Assembly: GCF_000981785.2 (NCBI RefSeq)
Contig: NZ_CP011304.1
Coordinates: 1,110,001-1,142,000 of the forward strand
DNA: 32,000 nucleotides
From: Microcystis aeruginosa NIES-2549
GTDB lineage: Bacteria; Cyanobacteriota; Cyanobacteriia; Cyanobacteriales; Microcystaceae
Direction of reading: 5' to 3'
The position numbers were made by a program, and so were the translations under genes. Positions 25,153 through 32,000 of this stretch are shown one piece after another (position 1 is the first letter of the stretch; the number at the start of each line of letters is the position of its first letter). The notes under the pieces were generated by a model, which did not search any database, was not told the DNA's origin, and saw nothing but the letters and a program-made list of their open reading frames with translations.

Positions 25153-26853
25153 ATGACCGATGATGCCATCCCTAGTCTAAATTTAGCCATCGCTAGTTTA
25201 GCCACGAGTAATAACTTCGCCCGTTGGGTGACGAAAGCACCCCTACCGGGGGGATATGTGCATCATGACTGTGAATGGACCGAGAGTCTAACCACGGAAT
25301 GGATGGCCTGGCAGGAAATGTTCTGTCTGCAAAAAATGCCGACCTTGCCGATGTTAGAGCAATTAGAAGGAAATTATCGACCTAAACTGACTCTTTCGGG
25401 AGAAGGCGGCAGTTATAGCGGTCAATTAATGCAGAAACTAGGTATTAGTCTCTGGGAATGGTTATTTCAAGCATCAATTAGTCAAAGTTTCGCCCAAAGT
25501 CAGGGAATCGCCCTCGGCAAAAATCAGCCCCTGCGAATTCGCTTGGAATGTCGCAATCCCTATTTAATTCTGCTGCCCTGGGAAATTATGCAGCAAGCCG
25601 GTAAACAGGCCATATCTCTGCATCCGAATATACTCTTTAGCCGCACCACCAGCGATGTGGACCCACTGCCACCGATAAAAACGAGTAATAGTCTCAATAT
25701 TCTCTTAGTTATCGGCGAAAAACAGATTAAAACCGCCGCTAGTTCCCTCAACCTCACCGCCATTAATACCGGTGGAGAAACTAATCCCGACCAGGCACTG
25801 GAATCCGAGGCCGCCAATCTTATCCGGTCCATCTCCCCTGGGGGCAGTAGTTCCCTCCAGAATTGGGGAGTGAAAGTCAAAGTCGATACCCTAATTCGAC
25901 CGGGGGCCGAAGAACTGACCAGGGCCTTGGATACGGGTAAATATCAAGCTTTTTTCTACGCCGGCCACGGAATCGCCGCCCCCAATGGCGGTTCCCTATT
26001 TCTGCGGACAGGAGAACAGCTAAACGGGACGGAGTTAGCCCAAGCTTTGGTGAGAAATCAGGTCATTTTAACGGTTTTTAATGCCTGTTGGGGGGCTTAT
26101 CCTGCTAAATCGGGTCAGGAGATGATTCCCCGCAGCAGTCTGGCGGAAGTCTTGATTCACCACGGCGTTCCCGCAGTTTTGGCCATGCGAGATGCGATCG
26201 CAGATCGCGAGGCCTTGAGTTTTATCGAAATTTTTACCCGCACCCTCTTCGGTTTCAAAGACAAAGAAGCACAGATGTCCAACTTGTTTCCCGGTCCGAG
26301 AGTCCCTATCGATCAGGCCGTTCGCATCGCCAGGCAGCAGTTATTAACCCTCTACAAGTACAATCAGCCCGCTTGGACTTTGCCGATTCTCTATATGCAC
26401 CCGGAATTCGACGGGCAATTGCTGCAAACCCTTGATGAGACTCAATTACCGACGGTTATGCCCAATGTCTGCGGAACCATGCCCGCCGCTTTCTTATACT
26501 ATCTCGATCGTCCCGAAAGAAAATTGTCAATCCGTGGTGGTGGCATGAATATAGGACGGGACAGGGAAAATGATCTACAGATTACTGAAAAATGGGTTAG
26601 TAAAAACCATTGTCGGATAATTTGCCGTAAAAAACCCGATTATCCAGACTATCAATACTTTCTCGAAGATTTCTCCCGTTTTGGTACTTTTATCTACCAA
26701 GATGGCCACTGGAAGCAGGTACATAACCAAGAAGTTCCCCTAGAGTCCGGTTTACAGATTCGTCCTCGCATTTGTGGTGGAATAATTAGGGTTTGTCGCA
26801 AAAGTTTGTCGTCGGGGTGGGGTGTGGGAATTATGAATTATGAATTGGGGTGA
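25153..26853 (+). CDS. CHAT-domain (caspase-like clan CD) protease fused to a C-terminal FHA domain
   Basis: The PLRIRLECRNPYLILLPWEIM entry motif is present. The catalytic-type dyad is FFYAGHG (His codon 25966-25968) and VFNACWG (Cys codon 26086-26088). The FHA-like segment is NIGRDRENDLQI...VSKNHCRI...YFLEDFSRFGTFI. Confidence 0.85.
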   Translation: MTDDAIPSLNLAIASLATSNNFARWVTKAPLPGGYVHHDCEWTESLTTEWMAWQEMFCLQKMPTLPMLEQLEGNYRPKLTLSGEGGSYSGQLMQKLGISLWEWLFQASISQSFAQSQGIALGKNQPLRIRLECRNPYLILLPWEIMQQAGKQAISLHPNILFSRTTSDVDPLPPIKTSNSLNILLVIGEKQIKTAASSLNLTAINTGGETNPDQALESEAANLIRSISPGGSSSLQNWGVKVKVDTLIRPGAEELTRALDTGKYQAFFYAGHGIAAPNGGSLFLRTGEQLNGTELAQALVRNQVILTVFNACWGAYPAKSGQEMIPRSSLAEVLIHHGVPAVLAMRDAIADREALSFIEIFTRTLFGFKDKEAQMSNLFPGPRVPIDQAVRIARQQLLTLYKYNQPAWTLPILYMHPEFDGQLLQTLDETQLPTVMPNVCGTMPAAFLYYLDRPERKLSIRGGGMNIGRDRENDLQITEKWVSKNHCRIICRKKPDYPDYQYFLEDFSRFGTFIYQDGHWKQVHNQEVPLESGLQIRPRICGGIIRVCRKSLSSGWGVGIMNYELG

Positions 26854-26947
26854 TGGGGGAGTGGGGAAATTGAACTAAAACCCTAAAACCCCAAAACCCC
26901 AAAACCTGCCTCCTGACTCCTGACGACCGGCTACTGACTCCTAACCC
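26814..26947 (+). repeat. composite short-repeat block: G-rich (GGGGTGGGGTGTGGG..., TTATGAA x2, GGGG runs), CCC(T/C)AAAA octamers, CTGxxxx heptamers
   Basis: Read directly. The first part lies inside the last codons of the CHAT-FHA ORF (GWGVG). The block fills the gap to the convergent corA. Confidence 0.85.
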
Positions 26948-26977
26948 CACCAACAAACTTTTTGCCGCAAACCCTAT

Positions 26978-28135
26978 CTAACTTTTTGCTTCCTCTTTCA
27001 GGGAATAAATTGGTTTAAACCAACCTTTGCGCCAGAAGTAGAAAATCAAGCCTCCCGCTACGGCTAACATGACTAACCAGACCATGAAGTAACTCCATTC
27101 TCCTTTTAATTCTGGCATATTCTCGAAGTTCATGCCATAGACACCAACGATAAAAGTTAAGGGAATAAAAATCGTCGAAATTACGGTTAAAAACTTCATA
27201 ATTTCGTTTAATTTATTGCCCATAGTGGACATATAAACATCCATCAAACTCGCCGCTAATTCTCGATAAGCTTCGATAATTTCCAGAATTTGAATGACGT
27301 GGTCGTAGGAATCCCGAAAATAAATTTGTACCTCATCGCTGACTATACCATGATGGTCACGCATCAGTAAATGTAGGACATTTCGCATCGGCCAAATTAA
27401 GCGACGCAGTGCCAATAATTCCCGACGGACATCATAGATTTCTTGCATTGTATCTCGATCGGGATTACTAATAATCGCATCTTCCAACGCTTCAATCCGA
27501 TCTTCGTAGTGTTCTACCACGGGAAAATAACCATCGATAATCGTATCTAATAATAAATAGGTTAAATAATCCGCCCCCGATTTCCGTACTCGTCCCTGGG
27601 AAGTGCGAATTCGATCTCTGACTATCTCAAAACAGTCCTGTAATTCCTCCTCTTGAAAACTTAAAAGATAGCGTTTTCCCAAGACAAAACTCACCTGTTC
27701 CGTATCAAAACCGCTTTCATCTTCCTTCAGTCGCACCATCTGAGAAATCACTAACAATTGATTGTTATAATCTTCTAACTTGGGTCGCTGCGGCACATTA
27801 ACCACATCTTCTAATAACAAAGGATGCAGATTAAAAATTTCTCCCACCTGTTTTAAAACCGTCTCACTCCCTAACCCTTGAATATCCATCCAAGACACGG
27901 TATTTGTGCCAATATAGGGGGCGCAAGCATTGGGGGTAATATCCACCTTACGAATGGCGTTATCTTCATCGTAGTCGATTAAAATAATCCGCGAGGGTTT
28001 GGCATCCGGTTCGATAATTAATGTCCCCGGTTCACTACCCGGTTCATCATAAAAATAATCGAAGTAGTCTTCTTCCTCGTCTCCATCGGTATCGGGACGG
28101 TTGTTAACGAATATATCAGGTTGTAGTTGGGTCAT
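26978..28135 (-). CDS. corA: CorA-family magnesium/cobalt transporter
   Basis: YGMNFENMPEL (GMN motif) followed by two C-terminal TM helices. The N-terminal domain is acidic. Confidence 0.92.
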   Translation of the reverse strand: MTQLQPDIFVNNRPDTDGDEEEDYFDYFYDEPGSEPGTLIIEPDAKPSRIILIDYDEDNAIRKVDITPNACAPYIGTNTVSWMDIQGLGSETVLKQVGEIFNLHPLLLEDVVNVPQRPKLEDYNNQLLVISQMVRLKEDESGFDTEQVSFVLGKRYLLSFQEEELQDCFEIVRDRIRTSQGRVRKSGADYLTYLLLDTIIDGYFPVVEHYEDRIEALEDAIISNPDRDTMQEIYDVRRELLALRRLIWPMRNVLHLLMRDHHGIVSDEVQIYFRDSYDHVIQILEIIEAYRELAASLMDVYMSTMGNKLNEIMKFLTVISTIFIPLTFIVGVYGMNFENMPELKGEWSYFMVWLVMLAVAGGLIFYFWRKGWFKPIYSLKEEAKS

Positions 28136-28230
28136 AAGCTTACAACAATCTGGCTAATTTGGGCAATAAGAAAACAGAAAAGTTAAAAAATTTAATTTGC
28201 CTAAAGTTACTATCTATCGCCATGAGATTA

Positions 28231-28254
28231 CAGTAAACTGAAAATTGTTTACTG
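28231..28254. promoter_or_regulatory. perfect inverted repeat CAGTAAAC-N8-GTTTACTG in the corA/pdxA divergent intergenic region
   Basis: Read directly. It may be an operator or a hairpin. Confidence 0.3.
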
Positions 28255-28326
28255 ATTTATTCCCTCCTGATGATTGTCAACGATGAGATTAATCGGGAGA
28301 ATTAGCAATATTGACGGCCAAAATTT

Positions 28327-29355
28327 ATGGAATCCGCCTCTTTTATTCCCCGTCTAGTTATCCCCGTCGGTGATCCCGCCGGGATCGGCCCTGAAGTGGT
28401 GTTGAAAGCGATCGCCGATTCCCCAATCTCGTGCAGTTGTCAGATTACTCTAATCGGCACAAGAACGCTTCTCGAAAAAGCCTATCACGATCCCTATCTC
28501 CTCGATCGCTTTTCTCTGATCGATTTGCCCTACCATCAAGAAAAAATCGTTTTCGGGCGTGGGGATGCCCATAGTGGTGAAATTAGCTTTTTTTACCTGC
28601 AAGAAGCCATAAAACGCACCCTCAAGGGCGAATTTGACGGTATTGTCACCGGTCCGATTGCTAAATCCTGTTGGCAGTTGGCCGGTTATGATTTCCCTGG
28701 TCAAACGGAGGTTTTAGCTACCATGGCAGGAATTAACCGTTATGGGATGCTATTCGTCGCTAAATCCCCTCACACTGGCTATAACTTACGCACTCTCCTC
28801 GCCACTACCCATATCCCCCTGCGAGAAGTTCCCGATACTCTTAACCCCGATCTGATGACCCGAAAACTAGACCTATTGATCGAGTCTTTAAAGCTAGATT
28901 TCGGCATCGATCGCCCAAAAATCGCCATATCTGGCCTTAATCCCCACAGTGGCGAAGCGGGAAAACTGGGAAGGGAAGAAAAGGACTGGTTACAGCCTTG
29001 GCTGCAGTCAATGGGACAAAAATACCCACAAACCCAATTAATCGGCCTTGTCCCCCCCGATACGCTTTGGGTGGAACCGGGACGCGCTTGGTTTAGGGGT
29101 GCAGGGCAACCCGCCGACGCATATCTGGCATTATACCACGATCAGGGCCTAATTCCCGTCAAATTAATGGCTTTTGACTGTGCTGTTAATACTACCATCG
29201 GTTTACCTTTTGTTCGCACCTCTCCAGACCACGGGACGGCTTTTGATATCGCCGGTCTTGGCATCGCTAGACCCCAGAGTATGCAAGCGGCGATCCAATT
29301 AGCGATCGAATTATGTCAGCAGCGGGACAACCGGAGAACTAAACTAGAGATATAG
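28327..29355 (+). CDS. pdxA: 4-hydroxythreonine-4-phosphate dehydrogenase
   Basis: Contains [18 protein letters not shown], and [10 protein letters not shown] followed by [12 protein letters not shown]. Confidence 0.92.
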   Translation: MESASFIPRLVIPVGDPAGIGPEVVLKAIADSPISCSCQITLIGTRTLLEKAYHDPYLLDRFSLIDLPYHQEKIVFGRGDAHSGEISFFYLQEAIKRTLKGEFDGIVTGPIAKSCWQLAGYDFPGQTEVLATMAGINRYGMLFVAKSPHTGYNLRTLLATTHIPLREVPDTLNPDLMTRKLDLLIESLKLDFGIDRPKIAISGLNPHSGEAGKLGREEKDWLQPWLQSMGQKYPQTQLIGLVPPDTLWVEPGRAWFRGAGQPADAYLALYHDQGLIPVKLMAFDCAVNTTIGLPFVRTSPDHGTAFDIAGLGIARPQSMQAAIQLAIELCQQRDNRRTKLEI

Positions 29356-29379
29356 CCCTCGATAGGAGACAATTGGGAT

Positions 29380-30744
29380 ATGGGTATCGCTTCAGTTAAC
29401 CCTGCCACTGGAGAAATTCTCAAGACTTTTACCCCTCTAACCTCGGAGGAATTGGCGGCGAAATTGGCCCTAGCTGAGACAACTTTTCAGCAGTATCGCC
29501 AGATCCCCATCAGTCAACGAGGACAGTGGTTACGGCAAGCAGCGGATATTTTGGAACGGGATCAAGTGCTATTGGCTAAAACCATGACTCTAGAAATGGG
29601 GAAACCGATCAAATCAGCGATCGCAGAAGTCCTCAAATGTGCCTTGGTTTGTCGTTTTTATGCCGATAATGCCGGCGGTTATCTGGAAGATGTGTTGATT
29701 ACCACCGATGCTAGTCGCAGTTTCGTCCGTTATCAACCGTTAGGGGTAATTTTAGCGGTTATGCCTTGGAATTTCCCCTTATGGCAAGTATTTCGCTTTG
29801 CTGCCCCCGCTTTAATGGCGGGAAATGTCGGCCTACTCAAACACGCTTCTAATGTTCCCCAATCAGCTTTAGCGGTGGAAAGAATTTTATTAGAAGCTGG
29901 TTTTCCCGAAGGCACTTTTCAAACTCTTTTGATCGGGGCCGATCGCGTTAGTGATTTAATTAACGATGAACGGGTAAAAGCTGCCACTTTAACCGGTAGT
30001 GAACCGGCGGGGATGAGTTTAGCAGCCGCCGCGGGAAAACAGATCAAAAAAGTGGTTTTGGAGTTGGGAGGTAGTGATCCTTTTATCGTTTTAGATAGTG
30101 CCGATATCGAGGCGGCAGCGGCTACGGCAGTGACGGCAAGATTGTTAAATAATGGTCAGACTTGTATCGCCGCTAAACGGTTTATTGTTATGGAAACTGT
30201 CGCCGATCAATTTGAACAGTTATTGGTGGCTAAATTCCAAGCTTTAAAAGTTGGTGATCCCCTCGATGAAACTGTTGATATCGGTCCTTTGGCCACGGCA
30301 TCGATCGTCTCGGAAATTGCCGCCCAAGTTGAAAAAACCGTCGCTATGGGTGGTAAAGTCCTTGTGGGGGGTCAACGTTTAGAGGGAAAAGGTAACTTCT
30401 ATCTACCAACGATTTTAACCGATATTCCCGCCGGTTCTCCGGGGGAAAAAGAGGAATTTTTTGGACCTGTGGCTTTACTATTTCGAGTCAAAAATATCGA
30501 AGAAGCGATCGCTTTAGCTAATGATAGTCCCTTTGGTTTGGGTTCTAGTGCTTGGACGAATAACCCCGCAGAAATTGAGCGTTTAATTACCGAAATTGAG
30601 GCCGGTTGTGTGTTTATTAACGGTATGGTTAAATCCGATCCTCGTTTACCCTTTGGGGGGATTAAACGTTCCGGTTTTGGTCGCGAATTAAGTGTGGAAG
30701 GTATTCGCGAATTTGTCAACGTTAAAACTGTTTGGATTAAGTAA
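29380..30744 (+). CDS. NAD(P)-dependent aldehyde dehydrogenase, succinate-semialdehyde dehydrogenase-like
   Basis: 454 aa with the ALDH motifs MPWNFPLWQV, ELGGSDP, and the catalytic Cys in NNGQTCIAAKR. It lies 24 nt after pdxA. Substrate assignment is by family resemblance only. Confidence 0.85.
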   Translation: MGIASVNPATGEILKTFTPLTSEELAAKLALAETTFQQYRQIPISQRGQWLRQAADILERDQVLLAKTMTLEMGKPIKSAIAEVLKCALVCRFYADNAGGYLEDVLITTDASRSFVRYQPLGVILAVMPWNFPLWQVFRFAAPALMAGNVGLLKHASNVPQSALAVERILLEAGFPEGTFQTLLIGADRVSDLINDERVKAATLTGSEPAGMSLAAAAGKQIKKVVLELGGSDPFIVLDSADIEAAAATAVTARLLNNGQTCIAAKRFIVMETVADQFEQLLVAKFQALKVGDPLDETVDIGPLATASIVSEIAAQVEKTVAMGGKVLVGGQRLEGKGNFYLPTILTDIPAGSPGEKEEFFGPVALLFRVKNIEEAIALANDSPFGLGSSAWTNNPAEIERLITEIEAGCVFINGMVKSDPRLPFGGIKRSGFGRELSVEGIREFVNVKTVWIK

Positions 30745-30752
30745 ATCAGTAG

Positions 30753-30778
30753 GGTGGGTTAGCAACGCGTAACCCACC
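30753..30778 (+). other. 9-bp stem hairpin GGTGGGTTA-GCAACGCG-TAACCCACC after the aldehyde dehydrogenase gene
   Basis: Read directly. There is no U-tract, so it is not a classic intrinsic terminator. Confidence 0.5.
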
Positions 30779-30852
30779 ACCATAACCAAAATCACTCACC
30801 ATAATTATCGCTAGTTTACACTATCGAAGATCGCACCCTAGGGATTAAAAAT

Positions 30853-32000
30853 ATGCCGCGTATTATTGATAATATTGAGTCCCATTTATTGCCAATTTTA
30901 CGCGAAAGTTTATTAGCATCCCAACGCGCTGATTTTTGTGTGGGTTATTTTAATTTGCGCGGTTGGCAGTCCATTGATACCTATATTGATCACTTTCTCG
31001 GTGGTGATTTGTCCTGTTGTCGTCTGCTGATTGGTATGCAGCAAGCACCCCAGGAATTACTACAGCAATCCCTGTCTTTATTGAAGCGCTCAAATGATAT
31101 AGATAAGGCTACTTGCGCTCGTTTAAGAAAACAAATTGTTCAGGATTTTTGCCAACAATTAACTTGGGGGAATCCTAGCAATCGAGATCAGGCAGCTTTG
31201 CAACGTTTGGGAAAACAAATTCAATCGGGTAAGTTAGTAATTCGCTTATTTTTGGGCTATAATCTCCATGCTAAATTATACCTTATTCATCGACAGGATG
31301 TCAATAACCCAACGGTGGGATTTTTGGGTAGTAGTAATCTAACTTTTGCGGGATTACAACAGCAGGGAGAATTAAATATTGATGTCCTTGACCACGATGC
31401 TTGTGCCAAATTACAAAAGTGGTTTAATGATCGTTGGTTGGATGCTTGGTGTTGGGATATATCCTCGGATATTGTCAAGGTGATTAACGAAAGTTGGGCC
31501 AGGGAAAGTCTTATTCCCCCCTATCATATCTATTTAAAAATAGCCTACCATCTTTCCTTTGAAGCGAGAGCCGGTTTAGCGGAATACAAAATTCCCCGAC
31601 AGTTTGACCAAGACTTACTAGATTTTCAGAAATCGGCCATTAAAATTGCCGCTCGTTATGTGCAAAGACGCGGTGGGGTATTAATTGGCGACGTGGTGGG
31701 GTTAGGAAAAACGCGCATCGCTTCCATTCTAGCATATATTTTGCAGGAAGACTACGATTTAGAAATCTTAATTATTTGTCCGAAAAATCTCCTAACCATG
31801 TGGGAGGATTACAGCTATAAATACAAATTAAGAGCGAAAATTATCCCCTTAAGTCAGGTTATACAGGAATTACCCAATCTGCGGCGCTATCGGGTAGTAA
31901 TTATCGATGAAAGTCATAACCTACGCAATCGGGAGGGTAAACGTTATCGGGTGATACAGGAGTACATTAACACCAATGAAAGTCGCTGTATTCTCTTGAC
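30853..32000 (+). CDS. PLD/HKD nuclease-like domain fused to an SNF2/DEAD-like helicase (5' part only, runs off the window)
   Basis: Hand translation from the ATG at 30853 is open to the window end. It begins MPRIIDNIESHLLPILRE...ADFCVGYFNLRGW. The HKD motif is LHAKLYLIHRQD...GFLGSSNLT. Helicase motif I is GDVVGLGKT and motif II is IIDESHNLRN. Confidence 0.85.
   Translation, partial: MPRIIDNIESHLLPILRESLLASQRADFCVGYFNLRGWQSIDTYIDHFLGGDLSCCRLLIGMQQAPQELLQQSLSLLKRSNDIDKATCARLRKQIVQDFCQQLTWGNPSNRDQAALQRLGKQIQSGKLVIRLFLGYNLHAKLYLIHRQDVNNPTVGFLGSSNLTFAGLQQQGELNIDVLDHDACAKLQKWFNDRWLDAWCWDISSDIVKVINESWARESLIPPYHIYLKIAYHLSFEARAGLAEYKIPRQFDQDLLDFQKSAIKIAARYVQRRGGVLIGDVVGLGKTRIASILAYILQEDYDLEILIICPKNLLTMWEDYSYKYKLRAKIIPLSQVIQELPNLRRYRVVIIDESHNLRNREGKRYRVIQEYINTNESRCILL

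Noticed and set aside
26875-26906. CCCCAAAA/CCCTAAAA repeats as real telomeres or eukaryotic contamination
   Set aside because: There are only about 4 units, embedded between two bacterial genes and contiguous with other cyanobacterial short repeats. It is a resemblance only.
28327-30744. pdxA-aldehyde dehydrogenase as a novel operon, or as the cyanobacterial TCA-bypass pair
   Set aside because: The 2-oxoglutarate decarboxylase partner is not adjacent. Close spacing alone is insufficient, and both are ordinary metabolic genes.
30853-32000. Calling the PLD-SNF2 gene a DISARM or Mokosh component
   Set aside because: Only one truncated gene is visible. DISARM needs DrmA/B and a methylase. Mokosh uses a different (SF1) helicase. 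No partner genes are in the window.

Overview
Chromosomal window from a cyanobacterium. Supporting signs are dense GCGATCGC (HIP1) palindromes, heptanucleotide STRR-like arrays at gene boundaries, the ado-aar alkane pair, crtQ and ycf66. G+C is about 40-45% by eye. This best fits a Microcystis-like chroococcalean genome, which cannot be verified here. Most genes are housekeeping: aar, ado, crtQ, a GT39-TPR glycosyltransferase, leuC, a GT4 MraY/WecA-like transferase, DUF2996-like and DUF3110-like proteins, yraN, holA, corA, pdxA and an aldehyde dehydrogenase. Accessory or conflict-type content is interleaved with them. (1) A 1107-aa AAA-like ATPase, TM helix and double WD40 propeller protein whose WD units share 40-nt identical DNA cores. 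(2) A CHAT (caspase-like) protease fused to a divergent FHA domain. (3) A PLD(HKD)-SNF2 helicase fusion truncated by the window end. (4) An apparently intact 757-bp IS1-family element with an 8-bp target duplication that splits a reconstructible ORF. (5) An AT-rich island at about 9.9-11.9 kb encoding a secreted Cys-rich orphan plus small ORFs. (6) Several unexplained non-coding structures: a permuted 85-bp tandem repeat with a nested insertion, GGGGTGT G-quadruplex-type arrays, CTG-phased heptamer arrays, C6-loop-G6 hairpin modules, and a 430-bp ORF-free segment with terminators. No rRNA, tRNA or CRISPR array was recognised. No canonical, fully assembled defence system is visible. The best candidates for something undescribed are the AAA-WD40 protein, the CHAT-FHA protein and the PLD-SNF2 protein. 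All functional links between them are inference.
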